A stretch of DNA of 62,740 bases, filler included, from a bacterium (GTDB lineage Bacteria > JAMORN01): assembly GCA_027063545.1 (NCBI GenBank). It is 13 parts of 13 records of this genome, joined end to end, with 100 filler letters (N's around TTAATTAATTAA, not from the genome) between each part and the next. Parts side by side here need not be neighbours in the genome. Positions count along the whole stretch, not along the records: positions 40,072 to 43,815 come from JAMORN010000258.1; positions 43,916 to 47,657 come from JAMORN010000259.1; positions 47,758 to 51,476 come from JAMORN010000260.1; positions 51,577 to 55,276 come from JAMORN010000261.1; 9 more parts are not named here. The stretch is one strand, 5' to 3'. Position 1 is the stretch's first letter. Every line of letters starts with the position of its first letter. The notes under the pieces were generated by a model. It worked only from the letters and a program-made list of their open reading frames with translations. It made no database searches and was not told the DNA's origin. Below are positions 43,317-54,651 of the stretch, in pieces. A program made the position numbers and the translations under genes.

Positions 43317-43595
43317 TTTTTTTTGGTATTAATGTTGAAATTTTTTATATTAACAACAGAAAGTTCTTTAATAAAAGAAGCCGGGGAAGGCTTATAAAAA
43401 AATATATATTACTTTTTAAATTCTTAAAGCATTCAAATTTTTCTTTAAATATTCAATTAAATTTAAAAGACAGCATTTTATCTATCTTAATATTAAACAT
43501 CTTAAACTCTAACAAGGAGGTTGTTGTAGTATTTTTATTAGTGTAACTTAAAAAGTAATATTAAAAAATAAAAAAACAAAAAGGAGAAAGAGAGT

Positions 43596-43815
43596 ATGAT
43601 ACGAAGTTTATTCAAAATGCTTTTTCCAAAAGAAACACCTTTATCTCTATTAATTGAACACGCCGAAATATTAGAGGTAATGTTACAAAAAAATAGAATT
43701 TTAATTGAAAAGTATTTAAATAATGAGGACATTGAAGATTTAGTTGTTGAAATTTCTAAACTAGAAAGTAAAGCAGATGATTTAAAGTGTGAAATAAGAG
43801 AAATGCTATCTAAAA
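43596..43815 (+). CDS. DUF47/PhoU-like phosphate transport regulator (3' truncated)
   Basis: EHA...ISKLESKADDLK.EIR; AAGGAG upstream. Confidence 0.7.
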
Positions 43816-43915
43816 NNNNNNNNNNNNNNNNNNNNNNNNNNNNNNNNNNNNNNNNNNNNTTAATTAATTAANNNNNNNNNNNNNNNNNNNNNNNNNNNNN
43901 NNNNNNNNNNNNNNN
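43816..43915. other. Artificial contig linker
   Basis: 44 N + TTAATTAATTAA + 44 N. Confidence 0.99.
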
Positions 43916-46900
43916 AAGGTTCTGAAAAAGTATATGCAAGTGGTATGTTATTAACAAGAGATGTAGATTACACAATTGATTATACTACTGGAGAAGTAAA
44001 ATTAATATCTGCAATTGCAAGAAACTCTGCTAAATCTATTAAAATAGAATATAAATATGAACCTTTCTTTGTTCCTGAGAATATAACACTATTAGGTACA
44101 TACTCTATTTTAAATCTTTCTGATATCTCTCCTTTGTTTGGATATAACTCTAATATAACTATGGCTATGGTAAGAAGAAGTGAATCTTCCTATAATGAAT
44201 ATCCAGAACTTGGACGAGAACCTTTTGCTAATAGTATAGTAAGTATAGGAAGTTTTTTTAACTACAATATATCTTTTATAGAAAAAGCTCTTCTTTTACT
44301 ACCAGGAATTATCCTTGAAAATACCAAATCAAATCTATCGGTAAAATTTGAAGTTGCTAAAATTTATCCAAATCCAAATACAAGTGAAGAAGGATATAGT
44401 TTAGTTGAAAATTTTGAAAATACAAGTATATCTTCCATCGTAAACATATCAAGGACTGCATGGGTGTATGCATCATCTCCATATTCTAAAGATGATACTA
44501 CACATCAAAAAGCAGATTATTATTGGTATAATCCTTATTATGATTATCCTGTAGACTCCATATGGCCAGATAAACAAACAACAATAGAAAATAGCGCTAT
44601 TTCTTTATTAAAAATTCATGTAAAATCAAATTCCTATAATAAATGGGCGGGAATAATGAGCTATATTAACCTTTTAGATGCTTCTGATAAAAAATTTATT
44701 GAAATATGGGTCAGAGATGTCAACATAAGTGGTGATAGTAAAAAAACAAAACTTTATATTGATATAGGACAAATTTCTGAAGATTTTATACCAAATGATA
44801 CACTTGACTATGAAGGAAATAAAGATGAAACATCTATTTCAATAACAGATGAAGAGGATTTAGGTTTTGATAGACTTACTGATGAGGAAGAAGAGGCTTT
44901 AGGTCTTGATGCTAACTATGATAACTACTCCTATGAAGAAGGTTCTGATAATTATGAAAATGTAAATAAGCCTCAAGGGAATAAAAGAAGAGATACAGAG
45001 GACTTAAATGCAAATGGAATTCTTGATACTACAAATAATTTTTATAGATTTGAAATTGACCTTTCAAAATCCACACCTTTATATGTAGATTCTACAATAA
45101 ATGGTTGGAAGTTATATAGAATTCCAATAGACATGGACTCTATAGATAATATTATAAAAAGAAAAATATATGGTAATCCTAATAGAAATATATTCTACTA
45201 TATGCGAATATGGGTTGATAGTATAGTGGGAGAAAAAGAAATTCAAATTGCTTCTATAGAATTTACAGGTAATAAATGGGAAAATTATATTGTTTCTACT
45301 AATGATTCTCTATATCCTATTGATGAATCAGAAAAATTCTTTATAACAACTGTAAATACTGAAGAAACTCCTGGCTATATTCCTCCAATAGAGGTAAAAA
45401 TAGATCCAACAACAGGTCTCAGAATAAAGGAAGAAGCTTTAAAGTTAATATTTGAAAATATAAAACCGGAGCATACAATATTTGTAAGAAAACTTGTTCC
45501 ATATGGTAATGGTTGGAACTTTACTAATTTTAAAAAATTAGCATTATATGTACAACCAACTGCTAACTTTTCTAACTTTTTTATAAGATTAAAAACAGAT
45601 GACAATAATTACTATGAATTTTCTACTTCTTTAGAAGCAAATATATGGAACAATTTGGTTATTGACTTAGAACATTTTATTAAGATGAAACTTAATAATA
45701 CTCCTATTGATACATTAACAAATGGTGTTTATATAATTGTAGGTAAACCATCTTTTTCAGTTGTTAAAGAAATTGAAATAGGATTGAAAAATACATCTGA
45801 AAATCAAAATTCAAATATGTCGGGAGAAATAATTGTTGATGAGCTTAGACTCCTTTATCCTAATAAGGAGGAAGGTGAAGCAATGAGAATTAGTTTTAAT
45901 TCTAATTTTAATGACTTTATATATAATTATGCTTCTTTAAAATATCAAGATGCAAACTTTCATAATATTTCAGAAAGATTTGGTGGCGGAAATTCGTTTA
46001 TCTCTGGTGAGGTAGGTTCCAAAATAAATATCCATAAATTATATCTTCAAAAACAAGGTTTTAAAATACCTCTACATTTAAGTATTTCTAAAAATATATA
46101 TAGACCTATGTTTTATACTGATATATATTTAGGAAATGATAAATTTAAATATATTGCTGATGATTACTTCGGATTTAATAAATACACTACTACCCCGGAA
46201 TACTTTCAAAGCATAGCAATCTCCCGTTCTATAGGTATAAATTTATCTAAAAACAGAAATAATACATTACACATATCTGATTATTTTAAAAATCCATATT
46301 TTATATTTGATGAATTCTTTTTTGAACGTTCTGACTATGGATTATCATATCGTCATAGTGATAAATTATCAATTAATACTATAGATACAACAAGAAGCTA
46401 TTATGGTTCATGGAACTTTGATCTTTCTTTACACAATAAAAAAGTCTTTAAATTTTTTAACCAACCTAAAAAGAAAAATAGATATTTATTAAGAAATAAA
46501 CCTTATTTTTATCAAACACTTTATGAATTGGGAATTCCTTTATATTATAATTTTAATATATCTCAAGAGGTTAATTATGAAAATTCAAAATTCTTCTACT
46601 TAGAAACAACAATAGATACTCTTCAAGATTCTTTAAATCTATTAAGACCTATAACTGTTTATAATATACCTCAAAAAACATTTGTTTATAAAAAAGAACT
46701 ATTAATTACTCAAAAGGCTAATTTTTCATATAGAATTTTCAATATTATTCCTTTATCATGGAATATTAATATAGTAAGAGATTTATCTAATGATATAAAT
46801 ATGCTATATGTATTATACTGGCCTAATACTGATTATATTTATCAAGAAATTTTAAACAGAAGTATAAGACTAAAAAATCCATATAAAATTGATGGGATAT

Positions 46901-47657
46901 TCTATGGAGAAAAACAACATAGTCAAACCCTAACTCTCTCTTTTGAGCCTAAAATTGTAAGATTTTTAAGAACTAATTTAAATTATACATCTAACTTTAA
47001 TCAGGTATTAAAAACAATAAACACATCTACTCTTTTAAGTAACTATAGCGATTCCCTGACTTTTTCTGCTTTAGACTTAACATATGATAATGAATTTAAT
47101 TTAAGACTAAACTTCTATCATGATATCTTTATAAAAAGCTTATTAAAACTTTCTAATTATTTTAATAGTGAAAATTTAAAAGCAAAAGACAAAAATAATT
47201 TTACTAGCTTTTTAGAAACTTTAGATAAATTTATAAGAGAAAAAAGATTTACAAGAAGCTATTTTAAATATAAAAGAGAAGAAACATATTATATACAAAC
47301 TCTCCCTGAAGGAAAATATGGATTTTATGATAAAAATTTAAACAATTATATAAAACTATTTTTAATGCAACATGGACTTGTTCAAGAAAATATGATATTC
47401 TCTAATAATAATTTCCCTTATTTTTATATGGCTTGGGGAATGGATACTAGATTCTATACAAAAGATAATTATAGCTATGGTACATCATTATATCCTATAA
47501 AATATCTAAAACTTTCTTGGGATCCATACTGGTATAATGCTTTTACAAACTATAGAGACACTACAAGAGCAGATATAATTGAAAATGAATATAATATAAT
47601 AAATTTTAAATTAAACTATAACAATCCTAAATTATGGAAAAAAACGTTTTCTAGTAT
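43916..47657 (+). CDS. SprA-like outer-membrane protein (T9SS translocon homolog), internal fragment
   Basis: GSEKVYASGMLLTRDVDYTIDYTTGEV, PNPNT, WYNP, WAGIM, IDIGQISED, DTEDLNANG, WKLYRIP and DELRL; aromatic beta-strand-rich C-half; open at both contig ends. Confidence 0.8.
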
Positions 47658-47757
47658 NNNNNNNNNNNNNNNNNNNNNNNNNNNNNNNNNNNNNNNNNNN
47701 NTTAATTAATTAANNNNNNNNNNNNNNNNNNNNNNNNNNNNNNNNNNNNNNNNNNNN
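47658..47757. other. Artificial contig linker
   Basis: 44 N + TTAATTAATTAA + 44 N. Confidence 0.99.
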
Positions 47758-48120
47758 AAAGAACTTTTACAGAAGTACCCTAATAGTATTTTTGTAGATA
47801 AAGCTTTATTTTATTTAGGATTATTGTATAAAGATATAAGAAACGAGCCTGATTCTGCTATTTATTATTATGATTCTTTGATAACTAACTATAAAGAAAG
47901 TAGTTACACTAAAAGTGCGATATTAAAACTTATTGATATTTATCAGAGTAAAGGAGATTACAAAAAAGCTTATAATTTAGCTAAGAAATTAATAGATGAA
48001 TATTTTGCTTCTCCAGAGGCTAAAATTGCTCAGGATAAATTAGAAGAATTAGAACAGAAAATAAAGGCAAAAAGAGACGAAAATATAAAAAACAAGGAAG
48101 AAGACAATGAAAAGAGATAA
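47758..48120 (+). CDS. TPR protein C-terminal fragment (CpoB/BamD-like repeats)
   Basis: KELLQKYPNSIFVDKALFYLG...LITNYKES...LIDEYFASPEA. Confidence 0.7.
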   Translation, partial: KELLQKYPNSIFVDKALFYLGLLYKDIRNEPDSAIYYYDSLITNYKESSYTKSAILKLIDIYQSKGDYKKAYNLAKKLIDEYFASPEAKIAQDKLEELEQKIKAKRDENIKNKEEDNEKR

Positions 48121-49447
48121 TAGGGATTTTGATTTTACAATAAAAACTTTAGGCCCAAGAAAAATATTATCTCCACTTAAGTTATCAACAAAGATTGGAG
48201 ATTCAAAAGCAAATTTTGTTGATGATAATGAAAGAGTTTTATATCAGATTGACCATAAGAAAGGTGAAAAGATTTATAGTGAAAAGAATGCTCTAGAGAT
48301 AGCTGGCCCAAGGGAAAAGATATATTTTGATCCAACAAAGGTTAGAGCAGCAATAGTTACATGTGGGGGATTAAGTCCAGGTTTAAATAATGTTATAAGA
48401 TCTATAGTATATACTTTATGGTATTTATATGGTACTAGAAGTATTTTTGGAATTAAATATGGTTATCATGGATTTTTGCCAGAAGAAGGCCATGAACCTA
48501 TTGTTTTAACCCCAGAGGTGGTTTCTGATATTCATAATTTAGGAGGAACTATTTTAGGAACATCTAGAGGTGGTGGAGACAGAACTGAGGATATTGTTGA
48601 TACTCTTGAGAGAATGAATATAAATATGTTATTTGTGATAGGAGGAGATGGGACACAAAAGGGAGCAAGGGATATAACTAATGAAATAGAAAAGAGAGGT
48701 TTGAAAATAGCAGTTGTTGGAATACCTAAAACTATAGATAACGATCTTTATTTTGTAGATAAAACTTTTGGTTTCGATACTGCTGTAGAAAAAGCAGTGG
48801 AAGCAATTCAATCATCTCATACTGAAGCAAAAGCAGCATATAATGGTGTTGGACTTGTTAAGTTAATGGGAAGACATTCTGGATTTATAGCAGCACATGC
48901 AACATTAGCTACAAATTTAGTGAATTTTGTTTTGATTCCAGAAATCCCCTTTGATCTTGAGGGCCCTAATGGATTTTTAACTCATTTGAAAAATAGATTA
49001 CTTCATAAACATCATGCTGTTATTGTTGTAGCTGAAGGAGCAGGACAAGATTTATTAATAAAGGACCCTAAAGATATAGAATATGATGAGAGTGGTAATA
49101 TTAAATTAAAGGACATAGGAGTATTTTTAAAGAACAAAATAGCTGAATTTTTAAAACGGGAAGGTATTAAACATAAGATTATTTATATTGATCCATCATA
49201 TATGATAAGAAGTATACCTGCAAATTCCAGTGATGCTAGACTTTGTGCTCGTTTAGGTCAAAATGCAGTCCATGCGGCTATGTCAGGGAAAACAGGTCTT
49301 TTAGTAAGTCAGGTAAACAATAGAATGGTTCATGTACCAATAGAGTATGTTGTTGAAAAGAGAAAACAAATAGATCCTGATGGAGATCTATGGAGAGACG
49401 TGATAGAAACTACAGGTCAGCCACTTCTAATGAAAAATGAACAATAA
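48107..49447 (+). CDS. pfkA: ATP-dependent 6-phosphofructokinase (long, clade X-like)
   Basis: VTCGGLSPGLN, GGTILGTSRG, IGGDGT, PKTIDND, LMGRHSG, VAEGAG and YIDPSYMIRS. Confidence 0.92.
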   Translation: MKRDNRDFDFTIKTLGPRKILSPLKLSTKIGDSKANFVDDNERVLYQIDHKKGEKIYSEKNALEIAGPREKIYFDPTKVRAAIVTCGGLSPGLNNVIRSIVYTLWYLYGTRSIFGIKYGYHGFLPEEGHEPIVLTPEVVSDIHNLGGTILGTSRGGGDRTEDIVDTLERMNINMLFVIGGDGTQKGARDITNEIEKRGLKIAVVGIPKTIDNDLYFVDKTFGFDTAVEKAVEAIQSSHTEAKAAYNGVGLVKLMGRHSGFIAAHATLATNLVNFVLIPEIPFDLEGPNGFLTHLKNRLLHKHHAVIVVAEGAGQDLLIKDPKDIEYDESGNIKLKDIGVFLKNKIAEFLKREGIKHKIIYIDPSYMIRSIPANSSDARLCARLGQNAVHAAMSGKTGLLVSQVNNRMVHVPIEYVVEKRKQIDPDGDLWRDVIETTGQPLLMKNEQ

Positions 49448-49484
49448 TAAAAATAGTATAAAAAATAAAGATATAAATAAAATT

Positions 49485-49521
49485 AAAAGCGGTCTTTCTA
49501 TTATAGAAAGACCGCTTTTTT
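49485..49521. terminator. Bidirectional intrinsic terminator
   Basis: Perfect hairpin AAAAGCGGTCTTTCTA-TTA-TAGAAAGACCGCTTTT between convergent genes. Confidence 0.9.
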
Positions 49522-49552
49522 ACTATTAAGACTTTTAATATAAAAAATTATA

Positions 49553-49651
49553 TTAAGACCAAGGTTTCTTTTTGTGACGATTCTTTCTAGATTTTTTCTT
49601 CCTCTTATGTTTGTTCATTTTTGCTTTTCTTTTTTTCTTTACACTAGGCAT
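49553..49651 (-). CDS. Small basic ribosomal protein, bS22/mS38 (AURKAIP1/COX24, DUF1713)-like, 32 aa
   Basis: Not in the ORF track: MPSVKKKRKAKMNKHKRKKKSRKNRHKKKPWS; AGGAGGAG RBS; followed by a terminator. Confidence 0.85.
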   Translation of the reverse strand: MPSVKKKRKAKMNKHKRKKKSRKNRHKKKPWS

Positions 49652-49673
49652 TTCATCTCCTCCTAATAATTAA

Positions 49674-50003
49674 TTATTTTTCATTTTCATTTATTAAGCT
49701 TTTATTTAATTCATCTTTAAATATACTTGAAAATTTTATGACAGGTACATATCTCTCTTCAAGAATAATTTCTTCCCCACCTTTTTTAGGGATTCTAGCA
49801 ATTCTTTTCTTTCTGTATTTAGGTATAAAAGTTCCAAAATATCTTATTTCAATAGTGTTATTTTCAGCCACATAGTCTTTTATTATATCTATAAGGGTAT
49901 TTACAGAATATTTAATATCATCTAATTCTAAATTTAGATCTGGATTTTCTTTTTTAATTTTTTCATAAATATATTTTACTATATCTCTTTTTGTTACCTT
50001 CAT
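49674..50003 (-). CDS. HU/IHF family DNA-binding protein
   Basis: VTKRDIV, IEIRYFGTF..KYRKKRIARIPK. Confidence 0.88.
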   Translation of the reverse strand: MKVTKRDIVKYIYEKIKKENPDLNLELDDIKYSVNTLIDIIKDYVAENNTIEIRYFGTFIPKYRKKRIARIPKKGGEEIILEERYVPVIKFSSIFKDELNKSLINENEK

Positions 50004-50016
50004 TTTTCTCCCTTTT

Positions 50017-51476
50017 TTATTGTTTTAAAAGGCTTTCATATAAATTTAAGTATTCTTTTGCGGACTTTTCCCAAGAGAAGTCTTGTTCCATACCAGTTAT
50101 TTGAATCTGGCGCCATATTTCTTTGTTATTGTTATATACAAATAAAGCTCTTGAAACCGCTTCTTTGAAACTTTCAACACTATATTCATAAAATTTAAAA
50201 CCTGTAGCTTCTCTAGTTATAATTGTTTCAAATGTAGTATCCACAATAGTGTCGGCTAACCCACCTGTATTTCTAACAATAGGTATAGTTCCATACATTA
50301 AGCTATACATTTGATTTAAACCACAAGGTTCAAATTTAGATGGCATTAAAAATATATCACTACCAGCCTCTATTTTATGAGCTAACTCCTCAGAGAACAT
50401 AATATTTACACTTATTTTATTAGGTGCTTGTATAGCCATTTCTTTAAGTTGGTTCTCAAAGTAAGGGTCTCCTGTACCTAACACTACCAATTGCAAATCG
50501 TTGTTTAAGAAAAATTCCTTTAATCCAATTATTAAATCCAATCCTTTTTGATCTGTAATTCTAGAAATGATTCCTAAAAGAGGAATATTTTCATTTACTT
50601 CTAATCCTAATTGCTTTTGAAGTCCTACTTTATTATTAACCTTTTTGTTAAGAGTTTTTACACTATACTTTTCGAAAATAAAATCATCTACCTTTGGAGA
50701 CCAAACATCTGTATCAATACCATTTAATATACCTACAATATTAGCACTTCTATAAGATAGTAATCCATCAAGCCCATGTCCAAACTCAGGAGTTTGTATT
50801 TCTTTAGCATAAGTAGGACTTACAGTAGTTATCACATCAGCATATACAATCCCACCTTTAATAAAATTAACATGTCCCCAAAATTCCAAAGAACCACTAT
50901 TAAAGTAATCCCATCCTAATCCTGTTTTGATAATAGTATCAGCAGGAAATAAACCTTGATAAGCTAAATTGTGGATAGTGAATACAATTTTTGTATTTTT
51001 AAAAACTTCTTCATTATTATATAAATGAGATTTTAAATATGCTGGTATTAAAGCAGTTTGCCAGTCATTTGTATGGATTATATCAAAATATTCTCCCATT
51101 TGTTTTATTAGTTCTAATACAGCTCTTGAAAAGAAAATAAACCTTTCATCATTATCTGGATAATCAGAACCTTCTTTCATATATAAGCCTTCTCTATTAA
51201 AATACTCTTCATTATATATTAAATATATATCACCTTTTTTACATTTAGGTAATTTAGTTTTAAATACCTCACATCTTTTCGCTTGATTTCCTACAAAAAC
51301 TTCAAATTCGAACTTAGTTTTTTTAATATTTAAATTTTTTTTATCTAACACAGGCTTATAATATGGCATAAACCCAACAACTTTATTTCCTAATTTAGAT
51401 AAAGCTTTTATTAAAGCACCTGCAACATCTGCTAGTCCTCCAGTTTTTGCAAGAGGTTGTATTTCTGAAGCTACCA
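50017..51476 (-). CDS. glgA: Glycogen synthase (a few N-terminal codons missing)
   Basis: VASE..PLAKTGGLADV, HTNDWQT, TIHNLAYQG, TVSPTYA.EI, ILNGID and PSKFEPCGLNQM. Confidence 0.96.
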
Positions 51477-51576
51477 NNNNNNNNNNNNNNNNNNNNNNNN
51501 NNNNNNNNNNNNNNNNNNNNTTAATTAATTAANNNNNNNNNNNNNNNNNNNNNNNNNNNNNNNNNNNNNNNNNNNN
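51477..51576. other. Artificial contig linker
   Basis: 44 N + TTAATTAATTAA + 44 N. Confidence 0.99.
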
Positions 51577-52262
51577 CTCAGACAAGTAAAGTTACAGAAA
51601 GTAAAACAGGAATAAATTTGGAGGTTTTACCTCAAGATTATGTATCACCTATTAAAAAATCTGTTGGTAAACTAAAACATGATGTATATATTTATATTTT
51701 TGTAAATAAAGATAAAAAAGAAATGGATAATGTTTCTATTAGCTTAATAAAGGATCTTAGAACTATTTTAGGCGATAAAATAAAGTATAAAGTTTTTGAA
51801 AAAGGTTCAAAAGAAGCTAAAAAATTTAATATAAAATACTATCCAACACTTGTTTTTTTAAGTTATAAAAAGAAAGATAAGGGTATTTATTATATAGGTG
51901 CACCTTTAGGACATGAGCTTACATCTGTTTTAAATAGTATTGCTGTTTTAGGAAATTATAAGACAGATTTGCCTGATGATATAAAGAAGAAGATTAAAGA
52001 CTTAGATGATGAAGTAGAAATAAAAGTATTAATAACCCCAACGTGTCCTTATTGCCCAAGGGCTGTTAGTTTAGCTCATAAATTTGCTTTTGAAAATAAA
52101 AAGATTAAAGCATATATGATTGATGTTACCCAATTTAGAGAATTGGGGGAAAGATATGGTGTTTCATCAGTACCTTTAATTGTTTATAATGAAGAGATAA
52201 AGGATTTAGGTGCTATACCACCTCAAAGGATGTTTGAGGATATATTAAAAGCAACCGATTAA
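51577..52262 (+). CDS. Protein disulfide oxidoreductase-like (AhpF-NTD/PDO fold), only the C-terminal CPYC intact; probably 5' truncated
   Basis: G.PLGHEL, TPTCPYCP and VSSVP; frame open to the contig edge. Confidence 0.8.
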
Positions 52263-52302
52263 AGTAAATAATTAAATAACATTTAAAAGGAGAAAAGAGG
52301 AT

Positions 52303-52971
52303 ATGACTAATTTGAAAGCTTTACCACAAGATATTATTTCAGAAGTTAAAAATGCAGTTGGTGAGTTAGATAAGGCTGTTACAATTATTTTTGTAGGGAA
52401 AGATGGAGCGTGTGAAACTTGTGAAATTACAGAAAATTTAGCAGATGATTTTGCAACATTATTTCCAGATAAGATTAATGTAAAAAAATTAAAGTTAGGA
52501 GATGAAGAGTTAAAGAAATATGGAATAGATAAAGCACCAGCACTTGCCATTGAAACTCAAGATGGCGATTTTAGAAATATTGTTTTTTATGGACTTCCAG
52601 CAGGACATGAGCTTTCATCATTTATTGAGGCTATCAAGAAAATGAGTACAGGGAAAAATGCTATACCTGTAAGTGATACAATGAAAGAAAAGTTAAAAAA
52701 GATAGATAAGCCTGTAAAAATTGAAGTTGTTGTTACCCCATCTTGTCCTTATTGTCCAAGAGCAGTAATCTTAGCTCATAATTTTGCTTATGAAAATCCA
52801 GATTATATAAGAGCATGTATGATTGAAGTATATCAATTCCCTGAAATAGGAGAAAAATATAATACTTCAAGTGTTCCTCAAATACGAATTAATGAGAATA
52901 CAGAAACTCTAGGTGCTATTCCAGAGAATATGCTTTATGATACAATAATGCAAGCTTTAAGCGAAAATTAA
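52303..52971 (+). CDS. Protein disulfide oxidoreductase (two thioredoxin folds, CETC + CPYC)
   Basis: CETC, GLPAGHELSSF, TPSCPYCP and SSVP; AGGAG/GAGG RBS. Confidence 0.9.
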   Translation: MTNLKALPQDIISEVKNAVGELDKAVTIIFVGKDGACETCEITENLADDFATLFPDKINVKKLKLGDEELKKYGIDKAPALAIETQDGDFRNIVFYGLPAGHELSSFIEAIKKMSTGKNAIPVSDTMKEKLKKIDKPVKIEVVVTPSCPYCPRAVILAHNFAYENPDYIRACMIEVYQFPEIGEKYNTSSVPQIRINENTETLGAIPENMLYDTIMQALSEN

Positions 52972-53009
52972 GTTTTTTTTGTTTAATTTAATTAAAGGCA
53001 AAAATTGAG

Positions 53010-53047
53010 AAAGCCCTCTTCTCTTTTTTAGGGAAGAGGGCTTTTTT
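53010..53047 (+). terminator. Intrinsic terminator
   Basis: AAAGCCCTCTTC...GAAGAGGGCTTT followed by a T tract. Confidence 0.85.
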
Positions 53048-53049
53048 AT

Positions 53050-53824
53050 TTGAAAGGTTAGGAATATTTGATTATTTTATTTTTTATTTAATGTAGTTAC
53101 AATAGAAGATTATCAACCGGGGTATTCGCTTTATATCCTGAAAGAAGCGAGTATAGACTTATAACTTATTTATCACCTTTTTTAAAAGATACTTTAGGGT
53201 TTCAACGTATAAATATTGATTACTCCGTTAAAAGGTTTTTCTACAACTAAAGAAGGTAAATTAAATGATTTATGTTATAATGTTGTAACTTTATTATCAT
53301 CAAATTCTACAGGGAAATTTGTAGAGATAGTAATAGTTCCAACTGACACTCTAGATAAAGATACAACTTTTTATGTAGATATAGATAAAATAGATATAAC
53401 TTTAGATTATTTTTATACTTCCTTAACTAATCGTAGATATATAACAGTAACTAAAGAAGAGTATGTAAAATTTTTAGCAGATTATTTTCCAGAGTTTAGA
53501 GAATGGTATCCAGAGTATTTTGCAGAGGACACCACAGGGGTAAAATGTGGGGAGTTAAGCAAAGCTTTAGATTTAAGAGTTTATCCAAATCCATTCAATC
53601 CAGTAGTAAATATAGAATTTAGTTTACCAGAAATAAATAATGTAAGTTTAAGAGTATATGATATAGGAGGGAATTTAGTAAGGAGTATAATAGAAGGGAA
53701 GAGATTAAAAGCAGGAGAATATAAGTATAGGTTTGATGGAAGTAATTTATCAAGTGGAGTTTATTTTGTTAGATTAGAAGGTAATAATTTTAAATTAGTA
53801 AAGAGAGTTGTATTAATGAAATAG
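53050..53824 (+). pseudogene. Decayed secreted protein with T9SS type-A / FlgD-Ig-like C-terminal sorting domain
   Basis: C-terminus VYPNPFNP...VSLRVYDIGG.LVR...LSSGVYFVRL...VVLMK. The upstream frame from TTG 53050 has two in-frame stops in a signal-like segment and joins ORF 53216 through a frameshift at GTTAAAAGG. Confidence 0.65.
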
Positions 53825-53885
53825 ATTTTTTTCTTATTTATTTTCTCCTTTCTCTTTATTATTTTTAGAGGAAGGAGGTTTTTTT

Positions 53886-54638
53886 ATGGATAATAATTCT
53901 CTCGAAATAATATATGGAATAAATCCTATAATATCGTCTTTAAATGAAGGTAATTTATATAAAATAATAGTAGTTAAAGATACTAAAAATCCTAAAATAT
54001 GGGACATTATAAAAAAAGCAAAGAAGAAAAAGATAAAAGTTCTATTCAAAGAAAAATCTTTTTTTCGTCAATATAGAGATTATTCTCATCAGGGAATAAT
54101 TGGTTTTATTCAATTAGGTAATTTTATAAATTATGAAGAATTTTTAAATATAATATCAAAAACAAAAGAAGATATAGTTTTTTTTGATTCAATAACCGAC
54201 ACAGGAAACATGGGAGCAATGATTAGAACATCTTTTCTATTAGGAATAAAATATATATTACTTCCTCTAAAAAATACCGCACCAATAAATGAGACAGTTT
54301 TAAAAACATCAACAGGAGCGGCATTAAAAGTTAATTTTATAACCGTAAAAAAAGAGTATAATAGTTTTATAAGTGATTTAAAGGCAATAGGATATAATAT
54401 AATTTCATTAGAGGCTTCTGGTAATATTTTTATAGAAGAGTTAATAAAGAAAGATATAACACTTTCTCCCTTTCTTCTTGTAATAGGTGGAGAAGATAGG
54501 GGTGTTCATAGAAAAATTTTAAAATCAAGCGATTATATTTTAAAATTAAATATGAAAAATTCACAAGATATAAACTCTTATAATGCCTCTGTAGCCTTTG
54601 GAATATCCTTATATCTCTTGAAGAATCTTAAACAATAA
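53886..54638 (+). CDS. rlmB: TrmH/SpoU family RNA methyltransferase (RlmB-like)
   Basis: IYGINP, HQGI, DSITDTGNMGAMIR, KTSTGA, IGGEDRG and SYNASVA. Confidence 0.85.
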   Translation: MDNNSLEIIYGINPIISSLNEGNLYKIIVVKDTKNPKIWDIIKKAKKKKIKVLFKEKSFFRQYRDYSHQGIIGFIQLGNFINYEEFLNIISKTKEDIVFFDSITDTGNMGAMIRTSFLLGIKYILLPLKNTAPINETVLKTSTGAALKVNFITVKKEYNSFISDLKAIGYNIISLEASGNIFIEELIKKDITLSPFLLVIGGEDRGVHRKILKSSDYILKLNMKNSQDINSYNASVAFGISLYLLKNLKQ

Positions 54639-54651
54639 GTTATATTAAAAT

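Noticed and set aside
43317-43595. Intergenic hairpin (AAGCC...GGCTT) and an orphan AAGGAGG as a possible riboswitch or sRNA
   Set aside because: Short stem, no recognisable riboswitch consensus, and no convincing ORF after the SD-like sequence.
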